A stretch of DNA of 64,000 bases from Dehalococcoidia bacterium (GCA_030612025.1 JAUWOR010000002.1:1-64000), one strand, 5' to 3'. Numbered from the stretch's first letter, positions 9,442 through 20,092 are shown. Program-made: numbers and translations. Notes: generated by a model from the letters alone, not told the origin.

Positions 9442-11331
9442 GTGACGTTTCAAGAACTGCAAAATAGGGCGAAATCCGAATGGGAGACCTTGCAAAACAG
9501 CACCCATATCCTTATTGGCACGGCTACTTGTGGTAGAGCAGCCGGAGCCTTAGCCACTCTTGAAGCTCTCGAAAAAGAACTGTCACGACAGAATATTGAG
9601 GTCAAGGTCATCCAAGTTGGCTGTATGGGATTGTGCTATGCCGAGCCTTTAGTTACTATATCCAAACCTGATTCTTTCCGCGTCGTCTACCACAATGTCA
9701 CCCCGGAGCTTGTTCCCCGCCTCATAGAGGGCTACATTATGAGCGATGACCCTTGTCTTGAGCTTGCCTTGGGTATCCTCGAAGGAGGTGAGGAAGAGGC
9801 CCCTTACATCCCAGAACTCCTTAGATTTGAACATGAACTTCGCCTCGTATTGCGCCGCTGCGGCTATATCGACCCCAAAAATATAAATCACTATATCGCT
9901 AATGGTGGATATAGCGGCCTGGAGAAAGCATTAAAGCTCCAACCTGAGGAGATAATTAAGGAAGTAAGAAAATCAGGGCTTCGCGGGCGAGGTGGTGCTG
10001 GATTTCCCACTGGACAAAAGTGGGAGCTTTGCCACAATGCTAAGGGAGAACCGAAGTATGTAGTATGTAACGCCGATGAGGGAGACCCAGGTGCATTTAT
10101 GGACCGAGTTGTTTTAGAGAGCGACCCACAGCAAGTTATAGAGGGAATGATTATTGCTGGCTATGCCATATCAGCCAAGCAAGGCTATGTCTATGTTCGC
10201 GCTGAATACCCTTTGGCTATTGAGTGTCTGCAAACTGCTTTAAATCAGGCCAAAGAAATGGGTTTTTTAGGGAATAATATCCTGGGCAGTGGCTTCAGTT
10301 TTCATATCGAGATAGCAAAGGGAGCAGGTGCTTTTGTCTCTGGTGAAGAGACAGCACTGATGGCCGCTGTCGAGGGGAAGATGAGCACACCCAGGCCAAG
10401 GCCACCTTATCCTGCTCAGGCTGGTTTGTGGGGTAAGCCAACCCTGCTGAATAATGTCAAGACCTTTGCTAATGTCCCTTTGATAATTCAACGAGGAGCA
10501 GATTGGTTTTCCTCCATCGGCACAGAGGGAAGTAAAGGAACAGCAGTGTTTACCTTAGCCGGCAAGATTAACAATGCTGGATTGGCTGAAGTGCCTATGG
10601 GCACAACGCTGCGTGAGCTTATTTATGACATCGGTGGCGGAATACCTAGAGATAAGGCATTTAAAGCAGTACAAATTGGTGGTCCCTCAGGAGGCTGTCT
10701 CCCCGAGAGCTTGCTTGATACCCCCATCGATTATGACTCTCTTCGCGAGGCTGGCTCGATGATGGGCTCAGGGGGCATGATTGTCATGGATGAGGATAAC
10801 TGTATTGTTGATGCGGCACGTTTTTTCCTCGATTTCACCACAAGGGAATCCTGTGGCAAGTGCACCATGGGTCGCTTAGGAACCTTGCAAATGCACGAAG
10901 CCCTTGAGGATATTGTAGCTGGCAATGGCAAAATCGAGGATCTTGACCTTCTCCTTGAGCTAGCTGAAGATGTCAAAGCTGGTTCACTGTGCGGTTTGGG
11001 GAGAACAGCACCTAACCCTGTCTTTACTACTATGCGCTACTTCCGAGATGAATACGAAGCCCATATCCTCGAGAAGCGTTGCCCAGCACTGGTCTGCTCT
11101 GAACTCATCGCCTATTATATTCTCCCCGATAAGTGTGATAGAGGCTGTGAGCATTGTGTGCTCACTTGCCCAACAGAAGCAATTAAAGGTGAGAAGGGAG
11201 AGATAAAAGTCATCGATCAAGAGAAGTGTTCCAAGTGTGGCACTTGCCTGGAGGTCTGCCCCCCAGAGTATAATGCAGTAGTAAAGTTATCGCCAATTAG
11301 TTTGCTTCCTTCTAAGGAAAAGAGCGAGTGA
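9442..11331 (+). CDS. NuoF/HydB-like FMN/NAD-binding subunit with N-terminal thioredoxin-like Fe-S domain and C-terminal 2x[4Fe-4S]
   Basis: GLRGRGGAGFPTG, NADEGDPGAFMDR, GEETAL, GGPSGGC, ESCGKCT, SLCGLG, C-terminal ferredoxin motifs. Confidence 0.92.
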   Translation: MTFQELQNRAKSEWETLQNSTHILIGTATCGRAAGALATLEALEKELSRQNIEVKVIQVGCMGLCYAEPLVTISKPDSFRVVYHNVTPELVPRLIEGYIMSDDPCLELALGILEGGEEEAPYIPELLRFEHELRLVLRRCGYIDPKNINHYIANGGYSGLEKALKLQPEEIIKEVRKSGLRGRGGAGFPTGQKWELCHNAKGEPKYVVCNADEGDPGAFMDRVVLESDPQQVIEGMIIAGYAISAKQGYVYVRAEYPLAIECLQTALNQAKEMGFLGNNILGSGFSFHIEIAKGAGAFVSGEETALMAAVEGKMSTPRPRPPYPAQAGLWGKPTLLNNVKTFANVPLIIQRGADWFSSIGTEGSKGTAVFTLAGKINNAGLAEVPMGTTLRELIYDIGGGIPRDKAFKAVQIGGPSGGCLPESLLDTPIDYDSLREAGSMMGSGGMIVMDEDNCIVDAARFFLDFTTRESCGKCTMGRLGTLQMHEALEDIVAGNGKIEDLDLLLELAEDVKAGSLCGLGRTAPNPVFTTMRYFRDEYEAHILEKRCPALVCSELIAYYILPDKCDRGCEHCVLTCPTEAIKGEKGEIKVIDQEKCSKCGTCLEVCPPEYNAVVKLSPISLLPSKEKSE

Positions 11332-11332
11332 A

Positions 11333-12100
11333 ATGACTAAAACAATAGCCATTGCTGGGAAAGGTGGCACTGGGAAAACCATTATTGCTGCTTTGCTCAT
11401 AAAGCTCCTTTCTCAAAAAGGTATAGTTTTGGCTGTTGATGCTGACCCTAGCACTAATCTCAACCAAGCTCTAGGTTTGCCCTTAGATGAAAATAGAACT
11501 ATAGGTAAAATAAGGGAGAAAATGACCGAGGATGTGTCGCGGGGGCATCTTAGCCCTTTGATCATTAAGCAAGAATACATGTATAGTAAGATAGTGGAAT
11601 CCTTAGTGGAATCCAAAGGGTTCGACCTTTTAGCCATGGGGCGCCCAGAAGGTCCCGGGTGTTACTGTGCGCCTAATCAGTTCCTTCGGGTATCCCTCGA
11701 CCAGTTAGTAAAGTCTTATAAATATGACTATATTGTTATGGACTGCGAAGCAGGCATGGAGCATATCAGTCGCCAAACAACAAGGGATGTGGATGCCTTG
11801 CTCCTGGTATCAGACCCAACAATAAGAGGGATTACAGTAGCAACTCGGATGAAGGATCTTATTGGGGAATTAAGGACAAAAGTGGGCCAAATTTGCCTCA
11901 TAGTTAATAGGGTTAAAAATGGGTTGCCCCCAGAGATTGAAAAGGCAATCGATGATTTTGGGTTACAGCTCATTGCCACCATCCCTGAAGACCCTTATAT
12001 CGCCGACCTGGAAATAAAGGGAACACCGCTTATAGAGCTGCCTCAAGATTCCCCTCTTCAATTAAAGGTGAAAGAAGTAGCGAATAGCTTAGGGTTTTAA
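11333..12100 (+). CDS. cooC: CooC/AcsF nickel-insertion ATPase
   Basis: GKGGTGKT, DADP, MGRPEGPGCYC, DCEAGMEHISR. Confidence 0.9.
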   Translation: MTKTIAIAGKGGTGKTIIAALLIKLLSQKGIVLAVDADPSTNLNQALGLPLDENRTIGKIREKMTEDVSRGHLSPLIIKQEYMYSKIVESLVESKGFDLLAMGRPEGPGCYCAPNQFLRVSLDQLVKSYKYDYIVMDCEAGMEHISRQTTRDVDALLLVSDPTIRGITVATRMKDLIGELRTKVGQICLIVNRVKNGLPPEIEKAIDDFGLQLIATIPEDPYIADLEIKGTPLIELPQDSPLQLKVKEVANSLGF

Positions 12101-12102
12101 AA

Positions 12103-12744
12103 ATGGGATCCCATTCATCATCTCGTAATATCCAAGAGCAAGCTTATGAGCTTGCTTATAAGCTTGCTTGCGAACAACTGGTAAGTATAGATATAGAAGA
12201 GATATGCGGCAAAACTGGCGCACAGCGTATGGATTCCAACAAAATAATCATTAAATATTTAAACCAACCATATCTAATCACTCTCCCCGATGTTGAGATT
12301 TCGCTGAGGGATAGCGAGGAAGAAGCCCCGCTAAAAGACAGAATCCTAATACTTCATTATTTAACTTTGGCCAAAGGCACCCCTGCCACTAATAGATTGA
12401 TCACCTTCAAGCAACTGCCAGGAGGTGCTAGCTACTTTCCAGCGTTTTCCCAAAGGGCAATAAAACCCCTTTTAAACCACTTTGGGAAAGAGCCTGAACT
12501 GCTAACAGATGCCGCGGCAAAGCTAGGAGGCTATAAGGCAAATTATGGTGATGTAGCTATAACCATTAACGCTTTTCCACGAGTACCTATAACCTTCGCC
12601 CTATGGCGAGGTGATGACGAGTTTCCCCCCAGGGGAGGTATAATGTTTGACGCTAGCATTTCCGATTACCTCTCCACTGAGGATATAACTGTGCTTTGTG
12701 AAACTATTATTTGGAGATTAGTTAAATCTCTAAGAGGGCTCTAA
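12103..12744 (+). CDS. DUF3786 family protein
   Basis: ILILHYL, F.QLPGG..Y, FPRVP...W.GDDEFP, LSTED; family recurrent near corrinoid/WLP genes. Confidence 0.8.
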   Translation: MGSHSSSRNIQEQAYELAYKLACEQLVSIDIEEICGKTGAQRMDSNKIIIKYLNQPYLITLPDVEISLRDSEEEAPLKDRILILHYLTLAKGTPATNRLITFKQLPGGASYFPAFSQRAIKPLLNHFGKEPELLTDAAAKLGGYKANYGDVAITINAFPRVPITFALWRGDDEFPPRGGIMFDASISDYLSTEDITVLCETIIWRLVKSLRGL

Positions 12745-13033
12745 GAGCTTTTACCCTACTGCCAGTATTTCAATTACTTTCTGTAGATTTATAGCAAGGG
12801 CTTACATCGCTATGGAGGCTGCGTGGCAGCTTTAGCCAACATCATTGGTGGATTCTAAACTTCGAGAAAGCCTCTTGGTCGGAGGACAAGTATACTTTTT
12901 AGAGATAGTGGTGGAAGATATGCTAGGCTTTAAGGAGTAAACACCATGAGAAATACCAAAATGATGGAAAGGTTTAGATTGTTATGGAAATCTTAAACCG
13001 TTCTGGAAAAATTTGGTATAAGGTCAGCAAAAC

Positions 13034-14050
13034 ATGAAAATCTTGGGTATTGAAACCTCCTGTGATGAAACCGCCGCGGCGGTTGTTGAGGATGGTACCA
13101 GAATCGTTTCCAACATCGTGGCCTCACAAATAGATATTCATGCTCGCTACGGTGGCATAGTCCCTGAAGTCGCCTCAAGGCAACATCTCCTTACTATCAT
13201 TCCTGTTGTGAATAAAGCGCTATCTGAACCTAAGCTCGCTTGGCAAGCTATTGAGGGCATCGCTGTGACCTTTGGGCCAGGGCTAGCTGGCTCATTGCTA
13301 GTGGGAGTTAATGTAGCTAAGGCAATTGCCTTAGCTACACGATTGCCTATTACCGGGGTTAACCATCTTGAAGGACATATCTATGCCAATTGGCTGACCT
13401 CACCCTTTCCCTCTCCACTTGGTGGAGAGGGCAGGGTGAGGTTCCCCTGTCTTTGCCTCATCATTTCCGGAGGGCATAGCGATTTGGTGCTAATGAAGGA
13501 GCATGGGCAATTTGAGAAACTGGGGCGAACTCGTGATGACGCCTCCGGTGAAGCTTTTGATAAGGCCGCCCGAATCTTGGGATTAGGTTACCCCGGGGGG
13601 CCAGCTATTGAGCAGGCAGCCAAATCTGGAACGCCTTGCTTGTCTCTTCCACGAGCTTGGCTTAGGGACAGCCATGACTTCAGCTTCAGTGGCTTGAAAA
13701 CAGCTCTATGGCATCTTGTTCAAAAAGAAGAAATTCTGGCTAACCCTTCCAGAGTGGCTGACGCTGCAGCAAGCTTCCAATGCGCTGTGGTAGACGTTTT
13801 AGTCACCAAAACCATCGAGGCAGCAAAAGAATTAGGAGTGAAGCAAATTTTGCTTAGCGGCGGTGTGGCAGCCAATAAGCTGTTAACCGAGCGCTTCCTC
13901 AGTTCCTCGCCAATCCCTGTCCTTGTTCCTCCTCCTCACCTATGTACTGATAATGCCGCCATGGTAGCTGCTTGTGGCTATTATCATTTCCAGGCTGGCA
14001 AAATAAGCAGCTACGACCTGGATGTAGTGCCCAGTCTCAGCCTTGGTTAA
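13034..14050 (+). CDS. tsaD: tRNA threonylcarbamoyltransferase TsaD
   Basis: [46 protein letters not shown]. Confidence 0.97.
   Translation: MKILGIETSCDETAAAVVEDGTRIVSNIVASQIDIHARYGGIVPEVASRQHLLTIIPVVNKALSEPKLAWQAIEGIAVTFGPGLAGSLLVGVNVAKAIALATRLPITGVNHLEGHIYANWLTSPFPSPLGGEGRVRFPCLCLIISGGHSDLVLMKEHGQFEKLGRTRDDASGEAFDKAARILGLGYPGGPAIEQAAKSGTPCLSLPRAWLRDSHDFSFSGLKTALWHLVQKEEILANPSRVADAAASFQCAVVDVLVTKTIEAAKELGVKQILLSGGVAANKLLTERFLSSSPIPVLVPPPHLCTDNAAMVAACGYYHFQAGKISSYDLDVVPSLSLG
13397..13442. repeat. CCCTCTCC...GGAGAGGG palindromic repeat inside tsaD
   Basis: acctcaccct..ccctctccac-ttg-gtggagaggg.agggtgaggt hairpin; intergenic relatives near 20029 and 23220. Confidence 0.8.
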
Positions 14051-14082
14051 CTAAGCAAAAGCACTTGCTTAATAAAATGTGG

Positions 14083-14240
14083 AAAATTCCAAATCCCAAG
14101 CACAATATCAAAATTACAATTCAAAATGCAAGAAATTCATTTTTAAATTTTGCCTTGTCATTTTGCATTTTTACTTTTGCTCTTTTATCGTTTCGGTCAT
14201 TTGAATTTGTTTAGAGTTTCGCATTTAGAATTTAGGATTT
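14083..14240 (+). repeat. Heptamer-periodic hairpin element
   Basis: aaattccaaatcccaagcac... / ...tttgtttagagtttcgcatttagaatttaggattt between convergent genes. Confidence 0.75.
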
Positions 14241-14268
14241 CCCCACTCCCTTACCGAATATTGAGTAG

Positions 14269-15588
14269 TTACACCAAGGGGCATTGGGCGCACCTCCCCT
14301 CCCGACAATAGTTTCTAAAGATATGAATCAAGCCTTGTTGCTGGCAAGCAGTAAAATTAGCCGTGTCCTCAAGGCAAAGTTGCCTTACCATATGGGATGT
14401 TAGCTCATTTTCCGCTAGTTTAGGATAGTGAACATAAAGTTCAATAGCCTTTTCCTTTAGCCCCACTTCGCTAGCTATTTCTCCCCAGGAGAAAGCAAAG
14501 GGCAATATAACGTTAATGATAATTTCAGCTGCCTTGCCATGTCCCAAAAGAGCTGATTCCCTTGTTTTCGATCTGGTATCAAAATCAAAGTGGTCTTGCC
14601 AGTAGCCATCGCCAAACACAATCAAGCTATCTTCCAGCCAGCGATACCCCGCTATCAGAGATGCTTCCTTCACTAGCTGCAATATTCCCCTCAGCAATCC
14701 TGTTTCACGATAGCGCTGAAGGAGATAGCTTTGAGCTACAATGCGTCGCACAGGAGAATTATTAGGATATATATGCCAGAGGTTCCAATTATTTTCACTC
14801 ATGGTTTTAGCTTTCTTGGCAATCAATTGCCATATTTGCTCCAATTCCTGGACTTCTCCTTCCTTTAGAAATCCTCCGTGTAGCCGCTGAGAAGGTAATA
14901 GGCCAGCTGTGCCTAATAACCAGGCCTGCTTCAGAACTAAACTTTCTCTTAGCTCCATCCCCTCTATAAAACCGAGGGGTACTCTATGAGCAAGCTCCTC
15001 GAAGGGCTTCATGTTTTTAGAATAACCTAAAGCTCTCATCATGCCTTGGAAAAGCACCTGCCCTGCTTCTTCCTGTTGGCAGACTGCTTGAAGAAGAGAT
15101 GCCTTTTGCCTAAACCTCTCTTCTCCAGCAATACCCAAAAGTTCCATCAGCGCTTGTCTATCTCTACGCTTCGTGAGCTGAAAACAAGGAAGCCGGTAAT
15201 AAGGTATCAAATAGGCTTGATAACATAATTCATATGGTAAACATAGTACTGGAACCAGTTTGCCATTTTGCGCCACGGTAGTTGAGTTACTATCGTGCCT
15301 CGTTACTACATGAAGAATTACATTATTATATTTAGAATCAAAATGATGACCATGGTTATACCAATCGCTGGACTTAACATGAATTTCCACATCCCCCTTC
15401 ACTAAATTAGACTCATCAATAGTGATGATCGCATCCCGGAAATCGGGGCCACTATCACCATTAACTCTGCCAGGATAGATTAGCTTGATTCGCTCACCTC
15501 CTTCGGTGATCAACTCCCTTCCTAGCAGCTGTGGCCACATCAAGGCTATTAACTTCTCAGAAATTTTTATCCGCTTCCGTGTAAACAT
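14269..15588 (-). CDS. DUF2851 family protein
   Basis: GPDF...GDVEIH.SSDW..HGH...YNNVILHVV, LGYSKN..PF, C-terminal QGL...YC....C..C. Confidence 0.85.
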   Translation of the reverse strand: MFTRKRIKISEKLIALMWPQLLGRELITEGGERIKLIYPGRVNGDSGPDFRDAIITIDESNLVKGDVEIHVKSSDWYNHGHHFDSKYNNVILHVVTRHDSNSTTVAQNGKLVPVLCLPYELCYQAYLIPYYRLPCFQLTKRRDRQALMELLGIAGEERFRQKASLLQAVCQQEEAGQVLFQGMMRALGYSKNMKPFEELAHRVPLGFIEGMELRESLVLKQAWLLGTAGLLPSQRLHGGFLKEGEVQELEQIWQLIAKKAKTMSENNWNLWHIYPNNSPVRRIVAQSYLLQRYRETGLLRGILQLVKEASLIAGYRWLEDSLIVFGDGYWQDHFDFDTRSKTRESALLGHGKAAEIIINVILPFAFSWGEIASEVGLKEKAIELYVHYPKLAENELTSHMVRQLCLEDTANFTACQQQGLIHIFRNYCREGRCAQCPLV

Positions 15589-15605
15589 GGCAAAAAAATT
15601 AACTC

Positions 15606-16319
15606 CTACTTGCTCTTTATCAATCCGATAAACTTTAAGGCATCTTCATACATAGTTATATTGTTGAATAGAACATAAGCATCGCTACCACTCAATTCCC
15701 AGAGCCTTGCCAATTCATCATCAATATATTGGTGACGATAGTTGCGTCCCCCATGTAAGCGAAAGTATCTTGTTTCCCCAGATAGAGCTCTTCTTTCCAA
15801 AGGGTTGACGCAATGAATAAGATCCAATTCTTGGCATAATGCTGTAATAACGTTATCGCTCCACCCACCTCGGGGCTCCCAGACAAAGATAAAATCATCC
15901 CTACCTATATTAGTAAAGAAATATCTCATATTCCCGATGTTTTCCGCACTCGAAGTGAATTTCGCTGGACACTGAAAGACGATAACTTTAGCTTTAAGAA
16001 ATTGAGCAATATCCCGAGTTTTCGCCCATGCCGCAAAGACTTCCTCAGCAGGCTTGAAGAAACCATAATTGCTCTCCTTACCAGCAGGAATTTGTAAGCC
16101 AGCTTTGCGGTAGGTTGGGCTTGTTGATGGATGTGTTATCAATTGCCACGCTTTTAAACTAAATTCAAAACCTTCAGGAGCTTCCCCACGCCACTTTTTA
16201 ATAGTCCCAAAGGAAGGAGGTTTGTAGAAAATCTGCTGTATCTCTACCAGCCTGAATTTCTGGAAATACTTTTTCTTCCCCCTGGGAAAACCACAGCACC
16301 CCACTTTAATGCGCATCAT
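15606..16319 (-). CDS. DUF72 family protein
   Basis: IKVGCCGF, VEIQQIFY, FSLKAWQLITH, FQCP, WEPRG, YFRLHG, YVLFNN; start reassigned to ATG 16319. Confidence 0.88.
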   Translation of the reverse strand: MMRIKVGCCGFPRGKKKYFQKFRLVEIQQIFYKPPSFGTIKKWRGEAPEGFEFSLKAWQLITHPSTSPTYRKAGLQIPAGKESNYGFFKPAEEVFAAWAKTRDIAQFLKAKVIVFQCPAKFTSSAENIGNMRYFFTNIGRDDFIFVWEPRGGWSDNVITALCQELDLIHCVNPLERRALSGETRYFRLHGGRNYRHQYIDDELARLWELSGSDAYVLFNNITMYEDALKFIGLIKSK

Positions 16320-16539
16320 GCTTTTCCTTAGCCTTATAGTCGAACCCGCTACGCTCAGCAATAATGCTGAGCAAGGTGGCTGAAGTTCCCCGAGGCTGGT
16401 ACATCCCTATCTCCCATTCGCTAATCGTTTGTTGTCGCGTGCCTAATTCCTCAGCTAGCTTTGTTTGAGTTAGCCCTAAATGTTGCCTCAAAGCCCGAAC
16501 GCGCTTTCTATCCCATTGCCTTCTTTTCCGCTGTCTCAT
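16306..16539 (-). CDS. XRE-family helix-turn-helix protein
   Basis: VRALRQHLGLTQTKLAEELGTRQQTISEWEIG; start reassigned to ATG 16539. Confidence 0.85.
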   Translation of the reverse strand: MRQRKRRQWDRKRVRALRQHLGLTQTKLAEELGTRQQTISEWEIGMYQPRGTSATLLSIIAERSGFDYKAKEKHDAH

Positions 16540-16610
16540 TAAAATTAAATTATACACGGTTTAGTGTAGAAAAACAAGGGCAAATTCTGTAAAAATTCGG
16601 GTAAAATTTG

Positions 16611-16638
16611 TTGCACTTTAAATTTTTTGTGTTATAAT
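16611..16638 (+). promoter_or_regulatory. Sigma70-type promoter of groES-groEL
   Basis: TTGCAC (16611-16) -16 nt- TATAAT (16633-38) with extended -10 TG. Confidence 0.75.
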
Positions 16639-16640
16639 AA

Positions 16641-16667
16641 TTAGCAGTCTTAGCATTAGAGTGCTAA
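16641..16667 (+). promoter_or_regulatory. CIRCE element (HrcA operator)
   Basis: TTAGCAGTC-N9-GAGTGCTAA, one mismatch to TTAGCACTC-N9-GAGTGCTAA, between promoter and groES. Confidence 0.93.
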
Positions 16668-16692
16668 AATAGTTATTAAAAAGGGAGGTAGT

Positions 16693-16986
16693 ATGGCAGC
16701 AAAGATTGAACCTTTGGGAGATAGAGTGGTAATCAAACCTCTTCCTAAAGAAGAAGTAAGCAAAGGGGGGATTGTCTTGCCCGACACAGCTAAGGAGAAA
16801 CCTCAAGAGGGTAAAATCATTGCTGTGGGTCCAGGCAAGTTATCCGAAGATGGCAAACGAATAGCCATGGAGGTAAAAGTAGGAGATAAGGTGATTTATT
16901 CCAAATACGCTGGCACTGAATTTAAGCTAGATGATGAGGAAGTGGTTATTATGCGTGAGAGCGATATTTTAGCTAAGAGAAGTTAA
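16693..16986 (+). CDS. groES: Co-chaperonin GroES
   Basis: [31 protein letters not shown]. Confidence 0.98.
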   Translation: MAAKIEPLGDRVVIKPLPKEEVSKGGIVLPDTAKEKPQEGKIIAVGPGKLSEDGKRIAMEVKVGDKVIYSKYAGTEFKLDDEEVVIMRESDILAKRS

Positions 16987-17012
16987 TAAAAATATAGAAA
17001 GGAGGAAAACAA

Positions 17013-18623
17013 ATGGCAAAGCAATTACTTTTTGCTGAGGGAGCAAGAAAATCATTAAAAACGGGTATAGATACCTTAGCCCAGGCAATCAGGGTGACTC
17101 TGGGACCACGTGGGCGCCCGGTGGCATTGGACAAGAAATTTGGTGCCCCTACTGTCATAAATGATGGTGTATCCATTGCCAAGGAAATAGATCTGCCCGA
17201 TCCCTTTGAGAACATGGGGGCTCAATTAGTGAAAGAGGCAGCAACAAAAACCAATGACCAATGTGGTGATGGCACAAGCACATCCGTTATCCTGGCTCAA
17301 AGTATTGTTAGCGAAGGCTTTAAGAATATCGCTGCTGGTGCTGACTCACAGGCTTTAAAGCGCGGCATTGAGAAGGGGGTGGAGGTTGTAGTTGATGAGC
17401 TGAAGAAAATGTCCATTCCTGTAGCTGGTAAAGAACAAGTAGCCCAAGTAGCTGCTCTATCAGCGGTTGATCAGGAAATTGGGAATTTGGTTGCCGACGT
17501 GATGGAAAAGGTAGGCAAAGACGGCGTTATCACTGTTGAAGAGGGCAAAGGGCTGAAGTTTGAAACTGAGTATGTCGAGGGCATGAAATTCGATCGCGGC
17601 TATATCAGCCCTTATTTCATCACTAACCTCGAACAGATGAGAGTAGAGCTGGAAGACCCCTATATCCTTATCACTGATAAGAAAATTTCCGCCCTGAACG
17701 ATATTCTGCCCACCTTGGAAAAAATCGTCCAAACTTCCAAGAACATTGTGATTATTGCCGAAGATGTGGAGGGTGAACCTTTAGCCACCTTAGTGGTCAA
17801 TAAACTAAGGGGCACTTTGTCCCCTCTGGCAGTAAAAGCGCCTGGCTTTGGTGATCGTAGGAAGGCAATGCTTCAGGATATAGCTGTTCTCACCGGGGGC
17901 AAGGTCATATCTGAGGAAATCGGTAGGAAATTAGATTCAGTGACCATAGAGGACTTGGGGCGAGCCAGAAGAATAGTCGCAGATAAAGATAATACCACCA
18001 TCGTTGAAGGGAAAGGTTCAAGTGAGGCTATTGAGGCTCGAATCAAGCAAATCAGATCCGAGATCGATATCAGTACCTCTGACTATGATAAGGAAAAATT
18101 ACAGGAGAGGTTAGCCAAATTGGCTGGCGGCGTGGCAGTAATTAAGGTAGGTGCTGGTACTGAAGTAGAGCTAAAAGAGAAGAAGCATCGTGTAGAGGAT
18201 GCCTTATCAGCTACGAGAGCTGCTGTAGAAGAGGGCATCTTGCCCGGCGGCGGCGTTGCCCTGCTCAACTCGATACCAGCCTTGGCTAAGCTTGATGTCA
18301 AGGGCGATGAAGCCACAGGTATCGCTATATTGAAAAGAGCTTTGGAAGAGCCTATCCGCTGTATTGCTACCAATAGCGGCAGAGAGGCTTCAGTAATAGC
18401 GAATAGGGTAAAGGAAAGCAAGCCTGGTATAGGCTATGACGCACTTAAAGATGAAATAGATGTCGATATGGTGAAAAGAGGCATTGTGGATCCCCTTAAA
18501 GTTACTAGATCTGCTTTGGAGAACGGTGCTAGCATTGCTAATATGATCTTGACCACTGAATCCTTAGTAACTGACATCCCTGAGAAGGAAAAGGCAATGC
18601 CAGCTTACCCACCGGAATATTAA
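17013..18623 (+). CDS. groEL: Chaperonin GroEL
   Basis: [40 protein letters not shown]. Confidence 0.98.
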   Translation: MAKQLLFAEGARKSLKTGIDTLAQAIRVTLGPRGRPVALDKKFGAPTVINDGVSIAKEIDLPDPFENMGAQLVKEAATKTNDQCGDGTSTSVILAQSIVSEGFKNIAAGADSQALKRGIEKGVEVVVDELKKMSIPVAGKEQVAQVAALSAVDQEIGNLVADVMEKVGKDGVITVEEGKGLKFETEYVEGMKFDRGYISPYFITNLEQMRVELEDPYILITDKKISALNDILPTLEKIVQTSKNIVIIAEDVEGEPLATLVVNKLRGTLSPLAVKAPGFGDRRKAMLQDIAVLTGGKVISEEIGRKLDSVTIEDLGRARRIVADKDNTTIVEGKGSSEAIEARIKQIRSEIDISTSDYDKEKLQERLAKLAGGVAVIKVGAGTEVELKEKKHRVEDALSATRAAVEEGILPGGGVALLNSIPALAKLDVKGDEATGIAILKRALEEPIRCIATNSGREASVIANRVKESKPGIGYDALKDEIDVDMVKRGIVDPLKVTRSALENGASIANMILTTESLVTDIPEKEKAMPAYPPEY

Positions 18624-18626
18624 AGG

Positions 18627-18654
18627 ATAAGGGGGGCTAGCTAGCCCCCCTTAT
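18627..18654. terminator. Probable bidirectional intrinsic terminator
   Basis: Perfect 28-bp palindrome ATAAGGGGGGCTAG-CTAGCCCCCCTTAT between convergent groEL and M16 peptidase. Confidence 0.8.
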
Positions 18655-19913
18655 AACTTAAGCAATTCCATTAAAGGCTCTTCCTTCTCAACAGGACCCA
18701 CTACAGCTAAGTTAAGTTTCTCACCAATTAGAAGCTCCTGAGCGACCTGCTCCAAATCATCGATGGTGATAGCATCAATGATAGAAATGACCTCGTCTAT
18801 ATCAAGAATTTGCTGCCTTAATAACTCTTGGCTACCTAGCCACAAAGCCACATTTTGACTATCCTCAAGCCGCAATTGTAGCCTTCCCTTCGACAGTTCC
18901 TTAGCCCTGGTAAGCTCGCTTGGTGTAATTCCTTGTCTCAGTTTGGATATTTCCTCCATAACGGCCGCAATGGCAGTTTCTAGTTTCTTAGGATCAACAC
19001 CAGCATAGATAGTAAACGATCCTGAATTTAAAAAATGCTCCACGTAACTGTGAATATCATAGGCTAGCCCCTTTTTCTCCCGAATCTCGGTAAATAGCCG
19101 ACTACTCATCCCGCCACCCAATACTGTGTTAAGTAAATCGAGGGTAAAACGCTGCCGGTGGAGGCGAGAAAACCCGTGAACAGCAAGGCAAAGGTGCGCC
19201 TGCTCCACATTCCTGGACTCAATACGCAGCCTGGGCTCCGTTTGCTTATCATTACCGACATAGCCAGTCGTTAGCTCGCCAGCAGACCATTTGCCAAACA
19301 GCGGCTCAATTTGAGCCACTGCTCGCTTATGTCGTATATCCCCGGCAACGCTAACTACAACATTACTGGGCACATACCTGCGAGCGATATAGTTTAATAT
19401 CTGCCCTCTGGTTATGGAGGACACAGTCTCTTTAGTCCCAATAACTTCCCGCCCTAGAGGCTGCCCTGGCCATAACAGCTCGTCTATAAGCATATTTACT
19501 CTTTGTTGCGGGAGGTCCAAGTTCATGTTGATTTCCTCAATGATAACCTGGCGCTCCTTCTCCATATCTCTGGCATCAAAGCGAGAATTAAACAGCAAGT
19601 CGGATAACACATCCAGAGCAACAGGAAAGTAAGCGCTAGCTACCTTACACCAAAAAACAGTTGCCTCCTTATCTGTGCCAGCATTAATTATGCCGCCAAC
19701 ACCTTCAATATCCCCGCTTATTTCCTTAGCCGTTGGTCGCCGCTGTGTTCCTTTAAAATATAGGTGCTCGGCAAAATGGGAGATACCAGCCTCCTCCCCA
19801 TCTTCGTAGCATGAACCAGTGCCCACAAGCAGAGCAAGGCATACTGAGCGGCTATGGGGCATGGTGCTGGTGATAACCCTTAGCCCATTATCAAGAACAG
19901 CCTTGTCATACAT
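18651..19913 (-). CDS. M16 family zinc metallopeptidase
   Basis: Inverted zincin HFAEH, NAGT, GGMSSRLF.EIREK.GLAY. Confidence 0.93.
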   Translation of the reverse strand: MYDKAVLDNGLRVITSTMPHSRSVCLALLVGTGSCYEDGEEAGISHFAEHLYFKGTQRRPTAKEISGDIEGVGGIINAGTDKEATVFWCKVASAYFPVALDVLSDLLFNSRFDARDMEKERQVIIEEINMNLDLPQQRVNMLIDELLWPGQPLGREVIGTKETVSSITRGQILNYIARRYVPSNVVVSVAGDIRHKRAVAQIEPLFGKWSAGELTTGYVGNDKQTEPRLRIESRNVEQAHLCLAVHGFSRLHRQRFTLDLLNTVLGGGMSSRLFTEIREKKGLAYDIHSYVEHFLNSGSFTIYAGVDPKKLETAIAAVMEEISKLRQGITPSELTRAKELSKGRLQLRLEDSQNVALWLGSQELLRQQILDIDEVISIIDAITIDDLEQVAQELLIGEKLNLAVVGPVEKEEPLMELLKL

Positions 19914-19982
19914 TGTCAGGAATTCTACTTCGATTACCCCTGCCGGTCAACCATCGTTCCTGGAGCAACCGGTGAGAGATAT

Positions 19983-20064
19983 TGCCTTCTCACCGTCATT
20001 GCGAGGGGCGTTAGCCCCGAAGCAATCTCCTCTCCCTTGAAGGGAGGGGTTTAAGGTGAGGGTG
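19983..20064. repeat. Composite repeat: GTCATTGCGAG...GCAATCT unit nested in a CTCACC/CCTCTCCC...GGGAGGGG...GGTGAGGG unit
   Basis: Direct reading; both parts recur at 23033-23256, 26131 and 34067. Confidence 0.75.
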
Positions 20065-20092
20065 CCACATCATATGAAACGAGCATAAGAGC

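Noticed and set aside
12770-12996. Intergenic stretch with an RBS and 16-codon ORF (MRNTKMMERFRLLWKS); taggctttaaggag also occurs near 51645
   Set aside because: Too short to support; the 14-nt match is probably coincidental
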